Below, piece after piece: positions 8,178 to 14,626 of a stretch of 32,000 nucleotides of DNA (positions within the stretch are counted from its first letter, which is position 1; the number at the start of each line of letters is the position of its first letter). The notes below the pieces were generated by a model. It saw only the letters and a program-made list of their open reading frames with translations. It was not told the DNA's origin and did no database searches. Source of the stretch: Thermofilum pendens Hrk 5 (GTDB lineage Archaea > Thermoproteota > Thermoprotei > Thermofilales > Thermofilaceae); contig NC_008698.1 in NCBI RefSeq assembly GCF_000015225.1, forward strand, positions 960,001-992,000. The letters are read 5' to 3'. The position numbers and the translations under genes were made by a program.

Positions 8178-8575
8178 GCCGACACCCTCGGCCTAACCTT
8201 CTCCGCGAGAACCTTGAGCCAAGGATTATCCCTCGCGAAGCTCGGGAGCTCCGCGCCGGCAACTTCCGGCTCAGCCTCTTCTACGGGCTCCCCGGCGGGG
8301 CCCTCGCCGTACACAACCCTCTTCGCCATCTCTAGGTACCTGTACACCTCCAGCCCCTTGGGGCTGAGAGACACTATGCGTAGCCTGCCCTTCCGGCTTT
8401 CCCTGACGAGCCCGTACTTGGAGAGAAGGCTTATGACCTCCTTGGCCTTCTTCGTGTTCCTGGAGATCTCCGTGGCCAGAACCTCGGAGCTCCCTATCCT
8501 GTTGACCCACATAACTATGCGCGTGAATTCGTCCACGAGTATTCGCGGGAAAAACAAGTATAAATTCGTTTCCAT
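8174..8575 (-). CDS. Winged-helix transcriptional regulator; first gene of the RadA-paralog operon.
   Basis: 133 aa. The wHTH core is SSEVLATEISRNTKKAKEVISLLSKYGLVRESRKGRLRIVSLSPKGLEVYRYL, followed by an acidic/Pro-rich C-terminal tail. An alternative start is ATG 8512 (MWVNRIG...). Confidence 0.6.
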   Translation of the reverse strand: METNLYLFFPRILVDEFTRIVMWVNRIGSSEVLATEISRNTKKAKEVISLLSKYGLVRESRKGRLRIVSLSPKGLEVYRYLEMAKRVVYGEGPAGEPVEEAEPEVAGAELPSFARDNPWLKVLAEKVRPRVSA

Positions 8576-8603
8576 GGAGTAAAACTAAGTTATACGAGAA
8601 GGC

Positions 8604-8610
8604 AAATATT
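8604..8610 (+). promoter_or_regulatory. TATA-like box AAATATT for tmk, with leaderless geometry.
   Basis: It lies 29 nt upstream of GTG 8633, in a 57-bp divergent intergenic region shared with the wHTH operon. Confidence 0.4.
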
Positions 8611-8632
8611 CGCGCGTCTGTTTTGGGGCTCT

Positions 8633-9421
8633 GTGTCTGAAGGCTTAAGAGAGAGGGTGTTCTGCCCGAAGTGCGGCGACTACGTGAAGCCGAGGGTTGA
8701 GCGCTCGATAACGCCTACGGGGGAGCTGGTCATAGAGTACCACTGCCCCGTGCACGGGTTGCTCGAGACGGAGAAGAGGAGGATCTTCGGAGATAACAAG
8801 TCGAGGGTCGACGGGGGGCTCTACGTGGCTCTCGAAGGGATAGACGGGAGCGGGAAGACTACCCAGGCGGCGATGCTCTACGAAAAGCTCTCGGCGGAGG
8901 GGTTCCAGGTAGTGATAGTGCGGGAGCCCTGGGTTCCCGCGATAAAGGAGTTCCTCTACAAGCACGACCTAGACGTCGAGGCCGAGGTCTACCTCTTCGC
9001 CGCGGACAGAATAATCCTGCAGCGCGAAGTCGTGCTCCCATCGCTGAGAGCGGGAAAGATAGTGGTATCCGACAGGTCTGTCTTCGCGAGCCTAGCGTAC
9101 CAGTCCTCGAGGGGCGCGGACCAGGACTTCATACTCGCGGTAAACAAGTCCGTGAGGTTCCCCGACGTGGTCGTACTGCTGGACCTACCCGTCGAGGAGG
9201 CTATGAAAAGGCTTTCCTCGCGCGTAGCGCAGACACGCTTCGAGGACCCAGGGTACATGGAGAAAGTCCGCGCGAAGTACCTCCAGCTCGCCGAGGAGTA
9301 CCCCGAAAAGTTCATCGTAGTCGACGCCTCCAAGCCCCCGGAGGAGGTTAACCGCGAGATACTCAGGGAGATAGTAAGCATCGTGCGCTCAAGGATACGA
9401 AGCGAACCGGGAGAACGGTAG
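8633..9421 (+). CDS. tmk: Thymidylate kinase with an N-terminal zinc-ribbon extension of about 60 aa.
   Basis: The P-loop is LEGIDGSGKTTQ and SDRSVFASLAYQ is the DRY/H-like motif. The N-terminal extension carries C11-x2-C14 ... C38-P-V-H41. An in-frame GTG at 8825 could give a conventional short form. Confidence 0.85.
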   Translation: MSEGLRERVFCPKCGDYVKPRVERSITPTGELVIEYHCPVHGLLETEKRRIFGDNKSRVDGGLYVALEGIDGSGKTTQAAMLYEKLSAEGFQVVIVREPWVPAIKEFLYKHDLDVEAEVYLFAADRIILQREVVLPSLRAGKIVVSDRSVFASLAYQSSRGADQDFILAVNKSVRFPDVVVLLDLPVEEAMKRLSSRVAQTRFEDPGYMEKVRAKYLQLAEEYPEKFIVVDASKPPEEVNREILREIVSIVRSRIRSEPGER

Positions 9422-9489
9422 CGACGCACAAGGAGAAACGGAGAAGAGCGCACGTGAGGTTTTAAAGGGGGTTAAACGTTATACTAAGC

Positions 9490-10059
9490 GTGAAGAGGAG
9501 AGGCTTGTCCTCTGGGACTATAGCCGCCGTCCTCATATTAATGGCCCTAGCGTTCTACGCCGGGTACCAGTACGCCCAGAGAAGCCTGCCCACGGGCGTC
9601 GCCGTAGTTTCTCAGCCCCAATGCAGCATACGCGTGATAAACGACAGGGACTACTACCCAACGCTCCTAGACTACATCTCCCGCGCAAATAAGTCCATCT
9701 ACATAGCTATGTTCCAGTTTAAGAGCGATACGGACGTAATCTCGAAGATCGTCGAGCTACTCATATCGAAGAACAAGAAGGGGGTGGACGTGAAGGTAGT
9801 CCTGGAGAACACGATAGACGAGAACGAGCTCACGTACAGGAGGCTACTGGACAACGGCGTAGCAGTAAAGTTCGACTCGAGGTCCGTCACCACGCACGCC
9901 AAGCTCGTAATCATCGACGGTAGGTACGTCTTCGTCGGTAGCCATAACTGGAGCTACATGGCGATGATGAGGAACCACGAGGCAAGCGTGCTCATCGACT
10001 GCCCTTCCATAGCCGAGCAGGAGACGCAGTATTTCATGAATATCTACAGGGGAGGATAG
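9490..10059 (+). CDS. Phospholipase D superfamily protein: single HKD domain, Nuc-like, with an N-terminal membrane anchor.
   Basis: 189 aa. The N-terminal hydrophobic helix is GTIAAVLILMALAFYAGY. A complete HKD motif is present: HAKLVIIDGRYVFVGSHN (HxKx4Dx6GSxN). Confidence 0.8.
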   Translation: MKRRGLSSGTIAAVLILMALAFYAGYQYAQRSLPTGVAVVSQPQCSIRVINDRDYYPTLLDYISRANKSIYIAMFQFKSDTDVISKIVELLISKNKKGVDVKVVLENTIDENELTYRRLLDNGVAVKFDSRSVTTHAKLVIIDGRYVFVGSHNWSYMAMMRNHEASVLIDCPSIAEQETQYFMNIYRGG

Positions 10060-10063
10060 AGAG

Positions 10064-10342
10064 ATGGATAAGGACAGGGTTGCAGGCGCAGTCCTGCTCG
10101 CCGTGGCCGCCAGCCTAGGGTCTCTCTACGCGTACCTACTGTTCCTCGCCCAGCAGGAAGTACAGGTGCTCGTCATGAAGCTCACGGCGCTCTTCGTCGT
10201 GGAGACGTTCTTCCTCGTTGTGGCGTGGGTAGGGCTCACGCTGCTGACGTCTCCACCCGAGGCGAAGGTGAGGGAGATAGAGAGGAGGCTCGAGGAGGAG
10301 TACAGGAAGCTCAGGGAGCAGGGCTACCCGTTCCCGTGGTGA
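10064..10342 (+). CDS. Small membrane protein (2 predicted TM helices) with a charged C-terminal tail.
   Basis: 92 aa with two hydrophobic stretches. Its stop overlaps the next gene's GTG (GTGA at 10339-10342). Confidence 0.5.
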   Translation: MDKDRVAGAVLLAVAASLGSLYAYLLFLAQQEVQVLVMKLTALFVVETFFLVVAWVGLTLLTSPPEAKVREIERRLEEEYRKLREQGYPFPW

Positions 10343-11733
10343 CCCCGTTGGAGAACCGCCTCGGGAAGATCCCCCTAGCCGCGCTGCGGGAGCTTCTGCT
10401 CGGCGCTGGCGCCGGGCTCGAGCTGGACGCGAACCCCCTAACGGGAGACCTGCTCGTAACGACGAACCCGGCGATAGGCGTCCCGGAGGAGTGGCTCGGC
10501 TTCTTCGCCTACCACTACTCCGCATCCAACCTGGCTGTTAGCTTTGCGCGCCCGGAGCTAGCCGTGCTCAGCGCGGTGTTCCCGGAGGGCTACCCCGGCG
10601 AGGCGGTGGAGCGCGTACTGAGGTCTTTCGTCGAGGAGTGCAGGAAGTACGGGACCAGGCTCGTGGGAGGGCACACCGCCAGGTACAGGGGGCTGGAGCT
10701 ACCCCTCCTATCCTCGACCATGGTGGGCAGAGCCGGGAGGCGTAGGGAAAAGCCGGCGGGCGGCGACAGGGTAGTCATCGTCGGCGAGGTGGGCGCCGAG
10801 GCGGCGTGGCTCGCGGGCGGAGACGTAGACCCCTCGACCCTCACCCCGCTCCCCGCCGCCCTCGCACTACAGGAAGAACCATCCATCAAGCTCATGCACG
10901 ACGTCTCCGAGGGAGGGGTCATCGGCGCCCTTCTAGAGGTAGCCCAGAGGTACGGTGTAGCGCTGGAGGTCTCGTCGAGGGACGTAAAGGTGTTCGAAGG
11001 GCTCCCGCGAGGGGTGGAGCCTCTCTCGGCGCCGAGTTACGGAGCGATAATCGCTGTTACCGGCGACGCGGAAAGCCTGCTGAGCGCATGCGAGGAGAAA
11101 GGCCTCACGTGTAGCAACGCGGGAGTAGTGGCTGGGCCCGGCAACCCCCTGGTGGTAGTCGACGGGAGAGAGTACGCGGAGCCCCCCGTGAGCCCCCTCG
11201 TGTACCTTTACGGCGCGGAGAGAAGGTCGCCCGAGGAGGCAGCCGTCGCCCTGGCCGCCGAGGAGCTCGTAAGGATCTCCAGGCTGCTAGACGTGATACC
11301 GGAGGTCGGCGCTAACATCGCCTACGCGCCTGGCCCCGTCAGGAGCCCTAGAGACGTCCTAGCGCTCGACGGCAGGATAGTCAAGACGACGGAGGGGGCT
11401 AGGCTGTGCGGGAAGCCGCGCTACGGGGCATCGAGGCACCTCGCCGAGGTCCTCGCATCCGCCAGGGAGGCCGGCATGCCTTACAGCGCCGCGGTAAACC
11501 TCAAGTACTCCGAAGACCTCCTCGAAAAACTGAAGTCCATAGGCCTCCCGGTGTGCGACGCGACGCCCTACGAGGCCTCGTGCCCAGTCTCGGAGGCAAT
11601 AAGGTCCGGGTGTAGGGCGCAGGTCTACTTCTACGCCGGTAAGCCGGGGCTCGAAGCATCGATAGTCTTACTAGCACGCGACCCCCTAGAAGCCATAGAA
11701 ATACTGAGGAAAGTCGTCGAGCAGAAACGCTAG
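10339..11733 (+). CDS. Fusion protein: PurM/AIR-synthase-superfamily (ThiL/HypE-like) domain plus a C-terminal ThiN-type thiamine-phosphate synthase domain.
   Basis: The track ORF starts at 10225 but overlaps the upstream gene. GTG 10339 (or 10336) fits translational coupling. The N-terminal half has the PurM-superfamily layout (LLVTTNPAIG..., SASNLAVSFARP, RLVGGHT). The C-terminal half matches my recollection of ThiN: IPEVGANIAYAPGPVRSPRDVLALDGRIV...YGASRHLAEVL...SAAVNLKYSEDLL. Confidence 0.65.
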   Translation: MTPLENRLGKIPLAALRELLLGAGAGLELDANPLTGDLLVTTNPAIGVPEEWLGFFAYHYSASNLAVSFARPELAVLSAVFPEGYPGEAVERVLRSFVEECRKYGTRLVGGHTARYRGLELPLLSSTMVGRAGRRREKPAGGDRVVIVGEVGAEAAWLAGGDVDPSTLTPLPAALALQEEPSIKLMHDVSEGGVIGALLEVAQRYGVALEVSSRDVKVFEGLPRGVEPLSAPSYGAIIAVTGDAESLLSACEEKGLTCSNAGVVAGPGNPLVVVDGREYAEPPVSPLVYLYGAERRSPEEAAVALAAEELVRISRLLDVIPEVGANIAYAPGPVRSPRDVLALDGRIVKTTEGARLCGKPRYGASRHLAEVLASAREAGMPYSAAVNLKYSEDLLEKLKSIGLPVCDATPYEASCPVSEAIRSGCRAQVYFYAGKPGLEASIVLLARDPLEAIEILRKVVEQKR

Positions 11734-11787
11734 CCGGGTGCTTTTCCGGAAAGCTCGGCCCTGCTTTGCTTTTTTGCTTGCATAGAG

Positions 11788-11793
11788 TTTATA
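11788..11793 (+). promoter_or_regulatory. TATA box TTTATA upstream of the candidate C/D box sRNA.
   Basis: It sits about 27 nt upstream of the predicted 5' end (C box begins at 11820), in a 190-bp intergenic region. Confidence 0.45.
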
Positions 11794-11814
11794 GGCATGT
11801 GCCCGGTGGTTGTA

Positions 11815-11880
11815 GCGAAATGATGAGGCGATTGCCCCCCGGTGAACGTGTGAGCCGGATTACCGCGTGCTGATTCTGCG
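11815..11880 (+). ncRNA. Candidate C/D box sRNA (2'-O-methylation guide).
   Basis: The C box AUGAUGA is at 11820-11826 and the D box CUGA is at 11870-11873, 43 nt apart. Internal degenerate D'-like GUGA (11842-11845) and C'-like UGUGAG (11849-11854) are present. The flanks GCGAA / UUCUGC can partly pair, and a TATA box sits upstream. The roughly 15-nt spacers are longer than the canonical 12 nt. Confidence 0.45.
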
Positions 11881-11924
11881 CGCTGGGCGAAAAGCTAAAG
11901 AACCTCGGGGAGCCACCTATACCC

Positions 11925-12647
11925 ATGGTCAAGCTACTATTCCAGGAAGACAGCTACCTGAAGGAGTTCGACGCGGTTGTCACGCGGGTCTCGGGGAACA
12001 AGGTTTTTCTCGACCAGACGGCGTTCCACCCTGGTCCCTCCGGGGGCCTCGACACGGACAAGGGGTGGCTCGTGCTGCCGACGGGCGACAGGGTCGAGGT
12101 TGTCCAGGCCTTGGAGGAGGGGGGCGACGTCGCCCACGTGCTAGCCCGCGCGGTGAACCTGAAGCCGGGGGACAGGGTGCGCGGAGTCATAGACTGGGAG
12201 AGGAGGTACAGGATGATGAAGCTCCACACGGCGTCTCACGTGCTTGCAGCCGTGCTGTACAAGAAGTACGGCGCGCTCGTAACAGGTGGACACATACAGC
12301 CCGAGGAGGCGAAGGACGACTTCGACCTCTCCGGCGTCGAGGACTGGAAGGCAGCCTTTCAGCAGGCAGTCGAGGAGACAAACAGAATCATCGGTGGCTG
12401 CCTAGAGGTAAAGGTGTACTGGCTGAGCAGGGATGAGGCCCTGAAGATCCCAGGCATAGTGAAGCTCGCCGGCAGGTTGCCCCCAGAGGTGGAGAAGCTC
12501 CGCATAGTGGAGATACCCGGCGTCGACGTACAGGCAGACGGCGGACCGCACGTGAAGAATACCTGCGAGATAGGCGGGATAGTCCTGAAGAAGCTCGAGA
12601 GCAAGGGGGCGAAGAGGAAGAGGATCTACTACTCGCTCAAGGAGTAG
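11925..12647 (+). CDS. alaX: Alanyl-tRNA editing protein AlaX-M type (misacylated tRNA-Ala deacylase).
   Basis: 240 aa. The N-terminal barrel is DSYLKEFDAVVTRVSGNKVFLDQTAFHPGPSGGLDTDKG. The HxxxH motif is MKLHTASHVL. The second zinc motif reads DGGPHV, where I expect CGGTHV. Confidence 0.85.
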   Translation: MVKLLFQEDSYLKEFDAVVTRVSGNKVFLDQTAFHPGPSGGLDTDKGWLVLPTGDRVEVVQALEEGGDVAHVLARAVNLKPGDRVRGVIDWERRYRMMKLHTASHVLAAVLYKKYGALVTGGHIQPEEAKDDFDLSGVEDWKAAFQQAVEETNRIIGGCLEVKVYWLSRDEALKIPGIVKLAGRLPPEVEKLRIVEIPGVDVQADGGPHVKNTCEIGGIVLKKLESKGAKRKRIYYSLKE

Positions 12648-13340
12648 GTGCTCGCGCGGAGATGTCGCGCTATGCGCGGGCGGGGGATCCTGGAGCTTTT
12701 CAGCGAGGTAGCCGGGCAGTACGACTCCTGGTACGACTCGCCCGCGGGGAGAGTAGTCCTCGAAGTCGAAGCATCCATGCTCGACGAGGTGCTACCGAGC
12801 GGTATAGGCGTTGACGTCGGCGCCGGTACATGCCGCTTCGCGCCCTTTCTCTCCAGGGGGAGGGAGATAGTGTGCCTGGAGCCTGCTTACGGAATGCTCG
12901 TCTACGGATACGCTAGGGGGAGGTGCGAGCACCCCCTCTGCGCGACCTCGGAGAACGCCCCGCTAAGACCCTCCTTCGACTTCGCGTACATGGTCACTGT
13001 GCTCGAATTCCTGGAGGACCCGGCTCTCTCCCTGACGCGCATATGGGAGGCCTTGAAGAGCGGGGGCTTGCTGGCGGTTCTCTACGTTGAGCGCGACAGC
13101 AAGTGGGGGAAGCTGTACTCGGAGCTCGCAGAGAAGGGCGCAGACCCCGTGCTAGCGAGAGCTAGGTTCTACAGCCAGCCCGAAGTCGACAAGCTACTCT
13201 CGGCGGCGGGCTTCGAGGTAAGGGAGCACCTCAAGTCGCTCGACTACGAGCCCCTCACGGTCCCCGCGGAGAAGCCCAGGGTCTACAGGGAGAGTTGCGC
13301 CGACTGCGGCGTAACTTTGACCGTAGCCGTGAAAAAGTAA
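12648..13340 (+). CDS. Class I SAM-dependent methyltransferase.
   Basis: It has the SAM motif I GVDVGAGTCRF and an acidic post-I loop, in a Methyltransf_11-like layout (FDFAYMVTVLEFLEDP...LKSGGLL). The start is either GTG 12648, directly after the alaX stop, or ATG 12672. Confidence 0.75.
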   Translation: MLARRCRAMRGRGILELFSEVAGQYDSWYDSPAGRVVLEVEASMLDEVLPSGIGVDVGAGTCRFAPFLSRGREIVCLEPAYGMLVYGYARGRCEHPLCATSENAPLRPSFDFAYMVTVLEFLEDPALSLTRIWEALKSGGLLAVLYVERDSKWGKLYSELAEKGADPVLARARFYSQPEVDKLLSAAGFEVREHLKSLDYEPLTVPAEKPRVYRESCADCGVTLTVAVKK

Positions 13341-13411
13341 TAACCGCGAAGGACGCGCCTCAAAGGGTTGACCTCCTCAACCTTTATTAGCGTGGAGTTT
13401 TCTTCGAAGTT

Positions 13412-14626
13412 GTGGGCGAAGCTTCGAAAGTCCTCGTCGCCGCTACCACGCGGGACGGCCGCCTGGTCTACTTGTCTGCAGTTGCTAAGCCTCAACAGCC
13501 GGGGCTAGACGAGGCTCTCGCGAGCCTCCTGAAAAGCTTGGCGTACCACAGCTACGAGGAGCTCCAGGGAGACAGGGTCCTGCTGGAGGCGAAGAAGGCT
13601 TTATCGTCGCAGGGCTTCAAGGTGGAGGACCTCGAGCTCTCTGTTTCCTTCAGATGCCCCTCCTGCGGAGCCTCCATAAACTTCTCGCCTGAAACCGTCG
13701 TCTACGTGTGCCCCTACTGCGGGTGGAGCGGCGACGTGTACGGGAGGGAGCTACGCGTGAAGGCTTGGCCCCCGGGAGGCAGGGAGAAGCTGGAGGAGAT
13801 AGTCAGGGGTCTGGGGGGAGTCCTACACGACGCGGTTCTGCGCTACGTGCCCTTCTGGGTCTTCAAGGTGAAGGTAGAGGGCTCGTACGCGGGGACAGCG
13901 ACGTACACTGTTACCAGGACGGAGTACGTCACGGTGATCCATGAGGGCAGGCCCCGGCAGATCCCGACGACCAGGACGGAGGTTAGGAGGAAGAAGGTTG
14001 CGGGCCGCGTGAGCTTCTCTACGGTCAAGGGCGTGGGGGCGCGGGTACTCGCCGAGGTGTTCGGAGGGGAAGGCCTGAAGAGGTGGGTGGAGTACGAGTG
14101 GGAGAACAACCCTCCCCCGGAGCTGAGCGCCGAGCAGGTTAAGCCCGTGGCGCAGAGCTTCCTCTCGGCCGAGGTGGACGCGGGGGAGGCGCTCGGCATT
14201 GCTAGGAGGGAGATAGACTCCGAAATATACGCAGAGATAGAGAGATCGGCGCGGAGGCAGGTGGAAGGCTCCCTGAAGGAAGTTGCGGTCGAGTCCCTCT
14301 CGGTGGACCTCAAGGTAGTCGAGAAGAGCCTCGTCTTCGTCCCGTACTGGTTCTTCACGTACAAAGTGGAGGGAAACCTCTACGCGGGGGCCGTGGCGGG
14401 ACCGAAAGCCACCCTCCTGAAGGCCGAGCGTCGCATCTCGAACATCGAGAGGGCCGCGAGGCTCGCCGGAGCGTGGATAGCCGTGCTGGCCTCGGGCGCG
14501 CTGGCGCAGGTCTCGGTGGGTAGCGACCTCGGCTTCCCGGGCGTCCTAATGGCGTGGGCTATAGGGTTGGTAGGAGCCTACAAGCTCGCCGAGTCGGCGT
14601 TCGCCCCGGCGGAGGTGGTAGCGTGA
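13412..14626 (+). CDS. Zinc-ribbon protein with C-terminal transmembrane helices (YdjG-like architecture).
   Basis: 404 aa. The zinc ribbon is CPSCGASINFSPETVVYVCPYCG. A conserved YVPFWVF motif is present, and there are two C-terminal hydrophobic helices (AGAWIAVLASGALAQV, VLMAWAIGLVGAYKLA). CTTTATTA lies about 25 nt upstream of GTG 13412. Confidence 0.6.
   Translation: MGEASKVLVAATTRDGRLVYLSAVAKPQQPGLDEALASLLKSLAYHSYEELQGDRVLLEAKKALSSQGFKVEDLELSVSFRCPSCGASINFSPETVVYVCPYCGWSGDVYGRELRVKAWPPGGREKLEEIVRGLGGVLHDAVLRYVPFWVFKVKVEGSYAGTATYTVTRTEYVTVIHEGRPRQIPTTRTEVRRKKVAGRVSFSTVKGVGARVLAEVFGGEGLKRWVEYEWENNPPPELSAEQVKPVAQSFLSAEVDAGEALGIARREIDSEIYAEIERSARRQVEGSLKEVAVESLSVDLKVVEKSLVFVPYWFFTYKVEGNLYAGAVAGPKATLLKAERRISNIERAARLAGAWIAVLASGALAQVSVGSDLGFPGVLMAWAIGLVGAYKLAESAFAPAEVVA

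Noticed and set aside
3497-8632. Integrated mobile element or provirus carrying the RadA-paralog operon.
   Set aside because: I could detect no integrase, transposase, tRNA gene or flanking direct repeats. The GC content of the operon matches the bulk genome. I retain it only as a synteny question.
9950-9975. Additional AUGAUGA (C-box-like) strings, e.g. inside the PLD gene, in alaX (about 12213) and at the apgM start (25545).
   Set aside because: They lie within or at the start of well-supported coding sequences, and none has a CUGA D box at the proper distance with a promoter.
10225-10338. 5' extension of the 502-aa ORF (MGRAHAADVSTRGEGEGDREE...).
   Set aside because: It overlaps the well-formed small membrane protein gene in another frame and is Arg/Gly/Glu-rich. 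GTG 10339 forms a GTGA start/stop overlap with the upstream gene and precedes the conserved domain.
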